Assembly: GCA_030606485.1 (NCBI GenBank)
Contig: JAUWGH010000007.1
Span: 150,001 to 182,000, forward strand
Source of the DNA: Promethearchaeota archaeon
GTDB taxonomy: Archaea; Asgardarchaeota; Lokiarchaeia; Sigyniarchaeales; SOKP01
Reading direction: 5' to 3'
Length of the DNA stretch: 32,000 bases
Below the pieces are notes generated by a model. It was not told the DNA's origin. It was given only the letters and a program-made list of their open reading frames with translations, and did no database searches. Numbering within the stretch: position 1 is the first letter of the stretch; each line of letters begins with the position of its first letter. Shown piece after piece: positions 25,669 through 32,000 of the stretch. The position numbers and the translations under genes were made by a program.

Positions 25669-26559
25669 ATGGAGAATGATAATATGGAAAAAAAACTTGA
25701 AAACCTTCAAATCTTAGTCAATCATTTGACTTATCATTATCCCGATGGGACTATTGCATTAAAAGGAATCAACCTTAATATTTACTCAGGAGAAATTGTA
25801 GGAATAATGGGTAAAAATGGAGCAGGTAAATCTACCTTAATAAAAACATTCAATGGTTTATTGAAACCCACAACTGGGACTGTTTATATAGAAAATGATG
25901 AAGTTAATAATGTTTTAATGTCAAAATTAACGAGAAAAGTAGGTATCGTATTTCAAAATCCCGATCTTCAATTGTTTGCTAATACCGTTGAAGATGAGAT
26001 TAAATTTTCACTAAAAAATCTAAATTTTTCAAAAACTGAGCTTGAAAACCAAATTTATTTAACTCTAGAAAAATTTAAACTAAAAAAATTTCAAAACCGG
26101 ACTCCTTTTACTTTATCTGGTGGGGAAAAAAAAAGATTGGCTATTGCCTCAATAATGTGTAGAAATCCCGAAATTATTGTGTTTGATGAGCCCACAATTG
26201 GTCAAGATGCAGAGGGAGTAGAATTCATAAAAAATTTGATAAAAGAAAAACATGCTGAAGGAAAAACAATAATAATTGTTACCCATGATATAGAATTTGC
26301 TATAGATAATATACCAAGAACAATTCTGATGGCTGATGGTCTTATTGTAGCTGATGGCCCAACAAACAAAATTCTAAGTCAAGATCAAATTCTAAATATT
26401 GGTTCTTTAATTTCACCCCAATTAATTAAACTATCAAAATTTTTAATAGATTTAAAGCTAAAGGTCCCTGAGGACGTATATATAAAAGAAAACATGGTCC
26501 AATTCTTAGGTTCATATTTTAAAGATAAAATGGGAATTACTGAAGGAGGGAAACCATAA
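25669..26559 (+). CDS. ecfA2: ECF transporter ATPase A2
   Basis: GKNGAGKST, FQNPDLQLF, LSGGEKKR, FDEPTIGQD, VTHD. Confidence 0.9.
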   Translation: MENDNMEKKLENLQILVNHLTYHYPDGTIALKGINLNIYSGEIVGIMGKNGAGKSTLIKTFNGLLKPTTGTVYIENDEVNNVLMSKLTRKVGIVFQNPDLQLFANTVEDEIKFSLKNLNFSKTELENQIYLTLEKFKLKKFQNRTPFTLSGGEKKRLAIASIMCRNPEIIVFDEPTIGQDAEGVEFIKNLIKEKHAEGKTIIIVTHDIEFAIDNIPRTILMADGLIVADGPTNKILSQDQILNIGSLISPQLIKLSKFLIDLKLKVPEDVYIKENMVQFLGSYFKDKMGITEGGKP

Positions 26560-27326
26560 TATCCTTTGAATTCATGGAAGCTTTCAAATTTATTCAAATG
26601 AAGACAATTATTCATAGTTTAGACCCTAGAACTAAGCTTCTACTAGCAATCATTTATAGTATTCTTGCAATTATATTTGAAGAAATTTTCATTCTCTTTT
26701 TTGTTTTTCTTTCATTATTTCCATTCATTCTCGCTGGACAATTATTCAAAAAATGGATTAAAAGTATTCGGGGAATGACATTCTTATTTTTATTACTAAT
26801 TATTTTCAATACACTTTTTAGCACATTTTCTAAATCCATATCAATGATATTACGTATAATGATTATGGTAAGTTCATTTTCATTATTCTTTTTAACAGTT
26901 CATCCTGACGATCTCATGCTTTCTCTTCTTTCTCTTAAAGTACCTTACAATATTGCGTTTTCATTTTCATTATCTTTTAGATTTGTTCCAACAATTGCAA
27001 TTGAAGCCCAAAATATTATTGATGCACAAAAAAGTAGGGGATATGAAATGGAACAAGGAGGCTTAATATCTCAAGCAAAGAATTTAATACCTTTATTAAT
27101 TCCATTAATTGTTTGTTCCATGAAAAGGGCATTTCACATTGCGGAAGCTTTAGACTCCAGAGCTTTCGGAAGCACTAAAAATAGAACCTATTATTATTCA
27201 ATTTCATATACAAAAAAAGATTGGTTAATAACAGTAATTCTAATCATATTCTTTATCTTTGGAATTATTGTAAAAATATTCCCAGATCTATTACCTAATT
27301 GGTTTTATTGGAGATTTCCAGTCTAA
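26559..27326 (+). CDS. ecfT: ECF transporter transmembrane component T (first ATG 26574; proposed ATA start 26559)
   Basis: IHSLDPRTKL, RFVPTIAIEAQNIIDAQKSRG, IAEALDSRAF. Embedded GGAGG at 26545-26549 precedes in-frame ATA codons at 26556 and 26559. Confidence 0.9.
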   Translation: MSFEFMEAFKFIQMKTIIHSLDPRTKLLLAIIYSILAIIFEEIFILFFVFLSLFPFILAGQLFKKWIKSIRGMTFLFLLLIIFNTLFSTFSKSISMILRIMIMVSSFSLFFLTVHPDDLMLSLLSLKVPYNIAFSFSLSFRFVPTIAIEAQNIIDAQKSRGYEMEQGGLISQAKNLIPLLIPLIVCSMKRAFHIAEALDSRAFGSTKNRTYYYSISYTKKDWLITVILIIFFIFGIIVKIFPDLLPNWFYWRFPV

Positions 27327-27358
27327 TAAATGGAATAAAATAATTCTTACGATTAAAG

Positions 27359-28069
27359 ATGATTAAAAAAACAATTTCAGTAAAAACTCAAGGTGAAAAC
27401 ATTGAAATTTATTTAGGATTCGATGGTATAAGAGTAAATATCAAAAATTTGAAAGATAAATATAAGTTACAAGATAATGTTGATATTATTGATTATTTTG
27501 TTAATCTCATATCTAAGTTAGAAAGTCAATATAATCGATCTACAGTACAAATATTTAATCCAGAATTCGTTATTTCTCCAGAACATATAATCACAGCATT
27601 TTATAATACGCATAAGGCTTTTAATGATAAAAAAAACATATCTAATCAAAAAAAACTCGAATTTTTATTATATCTCTCAACTAAAAGGCAGATTTCCGAA
27701 GCAATCAAATATTTCGGCATAAAAATTGATGAAAAAGAGTTAAAAACCCCATTAGAACTTACATATTTAATAGCTAGTTATGAAAATAACGTTGAAACAA
27801 TAAAAGAATCTATCAATCAATCACTTAACATTATTAATGACCCAACTATTATTACGGAAAAATCTATAGCAAAACTTCAAAAAATTATTGACTATTTTAA
27901 AATCAGTATGAATCAATTGGAAATTATATTTCATTCTAATGGAAAAAAATTTAATGAAGATGATGCGTTTAGAAATAATAATTTAAATGATTTATATGAA
28001 GCATGTCAAGAGATAATTTATGAAAAAATGGCATTTTTATCTTTAGAGAAAACACCTAAGCCTGAATAA
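27359..28069 (+). CDS. cgi121: KEOPS complex subunit Cgi121
   Basis: VQIFNPEFVISPEHIITAFYN...F...NIS...LEFLLYLSTKRQISEAIKYFGI; overlaps the convergent THUMP gene by 14 nt. Confidence 0.85.
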   Translation: MIKKTISVKTQGENIEIYLGFDGIRVNIKNLKDKYKLQDNVDIIDYFVNLISKLESQYNRSTVQIFNPEFVISPEHIITAFYNTHKAFNDKKNISNQKKLEFLLYLSTKRQISEAIKYFGIKIDEKELKTPLELTYLIASYENNVETIKESINQSLNIINDPTIITEKSIAKLQKIIDYFKISMNQLEIIFHSNGKKFNEDDAFRNNNLNDLYEACQEIIYEKMAFLSLEKTPKPE

Positions 28070-28592
28070 TACGAACTTGTTCTTTAACCACACTCAAAAT
28101 ATCGTCTTTTGTTATAAATGAAATACCAGTAAAATTACCTAATATTTCAATATTTACGATTTTATCTGGCTTTCTCAAATTTACTTTATTATTAAGACCT
28201 TCTGCAACGTGTTCGATTATTTCTAATTTTGATGTCTTAAAATTTCTTTTATTAATTTGGATTTTAAATGTTTCATTCTTTTTTACAACTTTATGAAAAT
28301 TCTCAGTTACGATCTTTTTTATTATATTTAAATCGGTCTCGCAAGCATATTCAATAGGAGTAATTTTCAAGATATATTGAAAAAAATTTGGATTTTTTAG
28401 TGCCATTTTCCTTAATTTCTCTATACATTTTTTGGGATTTAAATTTGTAAGTGCAATAAATAATCCTGGAAACTCCACTCTAAAAATTAAGGGAAATTCA
28501 TCGCCCATCATAAATAACAAAAACCAAAGTTCTGCTTTGGCATTTATTTCATTATGTCTTGATGTGGATATTAACAGATTAAAATTTCTCAT
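28056..28592 (-). CDS. Stand-alone THUMP-domain protein
   Basis: NLLISTSRHNE...ILKITPI...ETFKIQINKR...VNLRKPDKIVNIEILGNFTGISF; SD GGAGG embedded in the 3' end of sua5. Confidence 0.85.
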   Translation of the reverse strand: MRNFNLLISTSRHNEINAKAELWFLLFMMGDEFPLIFRVEFPGLFIALTNLNPKKCIEKLRKMALKNPNFFQYILKITPIEYACETDLNIIKKIVTENFHKVVKKNETFKIQINKRNFKTSKLEIIEHVAEGLNNKVNLRKPDKIVNIEILGNFTGISFITKDDILSVVKEQVRIIQA

Positions 28593-29266
28593 TAAATTCC
28601 TCCATCATTAAAAATTTTTAAAATTTCTTCCTTAGAAATTGAGCCGATTCTTAAAAATTTCAATTCTGACTTCTTTTTTGCTGAAGAACAATCAACAATT
28701 GTGCTGGGAATTTGTGTTAATGTCTTTCCACTGTCTAATATTACATCTATTTGATCAAATAATAATTTTGGTATATATTCTCCTTCTATAATGTTCTCTT
28801 GATCAGAAATATTTGCAGATGTTCCAATGATTCCACCGAAATGTCCTTTCTCTCTAAGAATATTTACAACACTTAGAATAGCCTCATTTTCTGGGACCCT
28901 GAGAGCAATGGTCTCCTTACCACCTGTTAATTCGTCCGGAATAAACCCCAGTTTTTTTTCAACAACAATAGTAACTTGACCAGGCCAAAATTTTTCAGCT
29001 ATTTTTTGAGCAAATTCATTAAATTTTCCAATTTTTAAAGCTTCGTTTAAATCGTTTATTAAAACAGGAAGCCCCTTATCCCTTTCTCTAAATTTCATTT
29101 CAAAAATCCTATTAATCACTTTAAAATTTTGTGGATCACCACCGAGACCATAAACGGTATTTGTTGGATATGCAATTATTTTACCTTCAATTACTGCATC
29201 AGCTGCTTTCTCCAAAAAAATTTGGTCCAGTTTATTATCTCCGCTCAATTTTAATAATAATCCCAT
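28592..29266 (-). CDS. sua5: Threonylcarbamoyl-AMP synthase, single-domain TsaC/YrdC type (no C-terminal SUA5 domain)
   Basis: IAYPTNTVYGLGGD, IFEMKFRERDKGL, FWPGQVTIV, IALRVP, GTSANIS, PSTIVD. Confidence 0.92.
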   Translation of the reverse strand: MGLLLKLSGDNKLDQIFLEKAADAVIEGKIIAYPTNTVYGLGGDPQNFKVINRIFEMKFRERDKGLPVLINDLNEALKIGKFNEFAQKIAEKFWPGQVTIVVEKKLGFIPDELTGGKETIALRVPENEAILSVVNILREKGHFGGIIGTSANISDQENIIEGEYIPKLLFDQIDVILDSGKTLTQIPSTIVDCSSAKKKSELKFLRIGSISKEEILKIFNDGGI

Positions 29267-29301
29267 TATAAAAATCAGCTTAATTTCTTTTTAAAAAATC
29301 T

Positions 29302-29748
29302 TTATTCCTCTGGTGCTTTCCATTTTTTATAATATGCCTCAAACTTTTTTAGGAGCACCTTTGGTTCTATCTTTCTGTTCTCGTTCATTGCCTTAAATGC
29401 CTCTAACATGATTTCTAATTGTAGTAATTGAAATTCTTGATTTTTTTCATCGCTGGTTGTAAGAAATCGGTGCGTTATTTCATTGGTCTTAAAAATTTCC
29501 ATAGAATTAATGTTGTAAATATCCATAAAATAACCGACTAAAAATGCTCCAAGGAAGATTAGAGGAAATGCTATAATCAATATCCAAATTGTAAGTTCAA
29601 ATGCAATAAAAATAAGAGAAACTGCACTGATTGTAGACATTGCTATTTGATAATATGACTGCCCCATCTTGAGTCGAGACATCTGTCTTCCGACGAATCG
29701 AGCTGTTTTTACCCATCTGGGCTTTCTGACTTTTTTGTTATTAAACAT
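29302..29748 (-). CDS. Hypothetical membrane protein (2 TM helices)
   Basis: 148-aa ORF filling the gap, with a basic N-terminus and hydrophobic hairpin; AT palindrome TTAATATATTAA about 20-30 nt upstream. Confidence 0.7.
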   Translation of the reverse strand: MFNNKKVRKPRWVKTARFVGRQMSRLKMGQSYYQIAMSTISAVSLIFIAFELTIWILIIAFPLIFLGAFLVGYFMDIYNINSMEIFKTNEITHRFLTTSDEKNQEFQLLQLEIMLEAFKAMNENRKIEPKVLLKKFEAYYKKWKAPEE

Positions 29749-29919
29749 CTTTTCACTGTTTGCTTTTATTAATATATTAAGCTTTTCATATTTAAAAAAT
29801 AAACCAAATCTAAAGGTATCTAAAAAGTAGATTGCTCTTCATCGATCTGAATTTTTAATTAAAAGTCCAAGCCTAAATTATTTCACACTCAAATATCAAG
29901 AAAAAAATGAAAAATTTAG

Positions 29920-29945
29920 TTGATAATTAAAATTTTAATTGTCAA
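29920..29945. repeat. 26-bp near-perfect palindrome downstream of porB
   Basis: TTGATAATTAAAA/TTTTAATTGTCAA, one mismatch. Confidence 0.6.
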
Positions 29946-29972
29946 TAAATGATTATTTCAAGTTTTATTCAA

Positions 29973-30911
29973 TTATTCACTTTTTTCCTTTAATTCTAAT
30001 TCTAACTCAATATATTTCCATGCATTTTTTATATTTTCTTGCCATTTAACTAATCCAACCTCAGAAAGTGTGTTAAATCTTTTTTGAATCCCTAAATATT
30101 CTTGAATTGGTCTGCGTTTCGAGGGATCCAAATATTTTTTACTCGGCTTAGATAATTTAAATTCACCATTTTCAACTTCATATAATATCCAAAATCCAGT
30201 TTCCACCGCCAGTTTTCCCATTTTTACGGTATCTTCAGAAGCAAAACCCCAACCGGGTGGACAAGGAGCAAGAATATGAATATATCTAAATCCTTTAATT
30301 TCTTTCGCTTTCTTAAATTTCTCATAAAGATCAATTGGATAAGAAATACAACATGTAGCTACATATGGGACGTTATGAGCCGCCACTATTGCAGGTAAAT
30401 TCTTTTTAAATCGTTGTTTTCCAAAGGGTGTAGTTGTAGTTCTAGCCCCATGAGGTGTAGACGAGCTTCTTTGAATACCGGTATTCATATAAGCCTCATT
30501 ATCGTAACAAACATAAAGGATATCGGAGTTTCTTTCTGCTGCACCACTTAAACCTTGAATTCCAATATCCGTTGTACCACCATCTCCCGCGAAGACTAAG
30601 GAAGTCATTTTCCCCCACACTTTTCCAGGAAATTTATATTCTTTCGCTTTAAAGGCTGCAGATATACCAGATGCTGCTGCTGCAGCTGCAGCAAATGCCA
30701 TATTAATAAAGGGGAAATTTGGAGCGGTTTTAGGCCATAATCCAACAACCACATTAAGGCAGCTTGCCGGAGCAACCAGAGCTGTCTTAGGACCGAGCGC
30801 TTTCATCGCCCATCTAAGTGCCAACTCCAATCCACAACCAGCGCATGTTGAGTTCCCTGGTAGGAATAATTCTTCTGCAGTTGTTTCTTGTAATTCTTTT
30901 AAACTAACCAT
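29973..30911 (-). CDS. porB: Pyruvate/2-oxoacid:ferredoxin oxidoreductase beta subunit (TPP, [4Fe-4S])
   Basis: CAGCG, FAGDGGTTDIGIQGLSGA, YDNEAYMNTGIQRSSSTP, APCPPGW; SD GGAGGTGA. Substrate specificity (Por vs Vor) cannot be determined from the sequence. Confidence 0.88.
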   Translation of the reverse strand: MVSLKELQETTAEELFLPGNSTCAGCGLELALRWAMKALGPKTALVAPASCLNVVVGLWPKTAPNFPFINMAFAAAAAAASGISAAFKAKEYKFPGKVWGKMTSLVFAGDGGTTDIGIQGLSGAAERNSDILYVCYDNEAYMNTGIQRSSSTPHGARTTTTPFGKQRFKKNLPAIVAAHNVPYVATCCISYPIDLYEKFKKAKEIKGFRYIHILAPCPPGWGFASEDTVKMGKLAVETGFWILYEVENGEFKLSKPSKKYLDPSKRRPIQEYLGIQKRFNTLSEVGLVKWQENIKNAWKYIELELELKEKSE

Positions 30912-30913
30912 TA

Positions 30914-32000
30914 TTATTTCACCTCCAAAACGCCATCCCAGAGAGTTCCATGTATCATGTCCTTTGGAAGCTCACCTGTCTCTTTTAATTTCATTAATAT
31001 CTTGAATTCTTCCTTCTGTTGTTCTACTGAAACTTCTCTCCCTCCAATCCCAGTAATAATTGGTAAAATAATTGTATCAATTCCTGTATTATGAAGTGCA
31101 CTTTTGCATTCAGAACTAACTGCACCTCCAGTTGGGGATCCAAAAGCTGTATCTCGATCAACTACTCCAATAACATCAACCCTTTTTGCTATATTTATAA
31201 TTTCATCTATAGGAAATGGTCTAAAATGTCTTAATTTTACTGAACCCACTTTATAACCCTCCTGTCTTAGTTCATCTACAGCCTGCTCTGCCTGTAGTGC
31301 AAGCCCTCCAATATTAATCAATACTACATCCGCATCATCCATCTTATATTCTTGAATAAGTCCATTTCCATAACTTCTTCCAAAGATCTTTTCAAATTCT
31401 AAAGCAACTTGTTTAATTATATGCGTCGATTTCATCATTTCATCATGAATTTTCATTCTGAATTCATAATAAAAACCAGAAGGCATAATTAGATTTCCAT
31501 GCATCATTGGTCTTTCTGGATCAATAAAAATATGTGGCCAGCCTTTTTCATCGGGTAAAGGCGGCAGAAACTTTTCTAATTTATCATCAGGCTCAATAAT
31601 TACCGGTTTAGATGTGTGTGATAATACGAAACCACCATATGCGATAAACATTGGGAGTAAAACTTCCTCATTTTCACAAATTTTATAGGCCATTAAAACA
31701 CTATCATAAATCTCTTGATGTGAAGATGCGAATGAAATTAACCATCCAGCGTCTCTCTGTGAAATCACATCAGTAAAATCCGCCCAAATATTCCACGGAG
31801 GAGCGATTCCACGCGATGCAATAGTCATTACTATAGGTAATCTCGCACCAGCTGCCCAATGAACCATCTCACTCATATATAAAAGACCTTGTCCTGCTGT
31901 TGCGGAAAAAGTTCTAGTTCCAGCAATGCTTGCACCTACTAGAGCAGCCATAACTGAGTGTTCCGATTCAACTTTAATATATTGGGCTGGCATATCTCCA
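30914..32000 (-). CDS. porA: Pyruvate/2-oxoacid:ferredoxin oxidoreductase alpha subunit, 5'-truncated by the window edge
   Basis: VESEHS, ATAGQGLLYMSE, PPWNIWAD, RDAGW, LRHFRPFP, GIGGRE. The frame stays open to 32000, so the ATG at 31993 is internal. Confidence 0.88.
   Translation of the reverse strand, partial: GDMPAQYIKVESEHSVMAALVGASIAGTRTFSATAGQGLLYMSEMVHWAAGARLPIVMTIASRGIAPPWNIWADFTDVISQRDAGWLISFASSHQEIYDSVLMAYKICENEEVLLPMFIAYGGFVLSHTSKPVIIEPDDKLEKFLPPLPDEKGWPHIFIDPERPMMHGNLIMPSGFYYEFRMKIHDEMMKSTHIIKQVALEFEKIFGRSYGNGLIQEYKMDDADVVLINIGGLALQAEQAVDELRQEGYKVGSVKLRHFRPFPIDEIINIAKRVDVIGVVDRDTAFGSPTGGAVSSECKSALHNTGIDTIILPIITGIGGREVSVEQQKEEFKILMKLKETGELPKDMIHGTLWDGVLEVK

Noticed and set aside
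22778-26839. Track ORFs 22778-22990(-), 23695-24030(-), 26385-26615(-) and 26654-26839(-)
   Set aside because: Antisense shadows of rpl37ae, pfdB/DHH, ecfA2 and ecfT.
31991-31993. ATG called as the porA start
   Set aside because: The frame stays open to the window edge and the usual N-terminal part of PorA is missing, so this is an internal Met.
1-32000. CRISPR arrays, IS elements, inteins, selenocysteine/readthrough, rRNA
   Set aside because: I saw no repeat-spacer periodicity, transposase or integrase motifs, oversize proteins, in-frame internal stops in conserved genes, or long GC-rich RNA segments.

Overview
AT-rich archaeal chromosomal core region, most likely from an Asgard archaeon (Lokiarchaeia-like). 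This assignment is an inference from a profilin-like ORF, archaeal GatDE/exosome/KEOPS genes, an SBDS insertion and low GC. Gene order: nop5 (partial, minus) | pyrD-pyrK-elp3-gatE-gatD-rpl2 | acyl-CoA ligase (minus) | nucleotidyltransferase + CDP-alcohol phosphotransferase | M32 carboxypeptidase | four tRNAs (Lys-CUU, Ser-UGA, Ser-GCU, Val-UAC) around an atypical JAB/MPN gene | DUF2110-like, profilin-like and membrane proteins | proteasome-exosome superoperon (psmA, SBDS, rrp4, rrp41, rrp42, rpl37ae, pcc1, pfdB, DHH) running on into ecfA1-A2-T and cgi121 | THUMP, Sua5/TsaC, hypothetical, porB, porA (partial). I found no CRISPR array, transposase, integrase or rRNA. Highlights: (1) three genes appear to start at AUU or AUA codons (nop5, the acyl-CoA ligase, ecfT), which the ORF track misses or truncates; (2) two tRNAs carry BHB introns at non-canonical positions (Lys 59/60 in the T-loop, Val 20a/21 in the D-loop); (3) a divergent profilin-like protein; (4) a JAB/MPN protein that keeps the Zn ligands but lacks the catalytic Glu and Ser. 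Family assignments come from motif recognition by eye; no database search was run.
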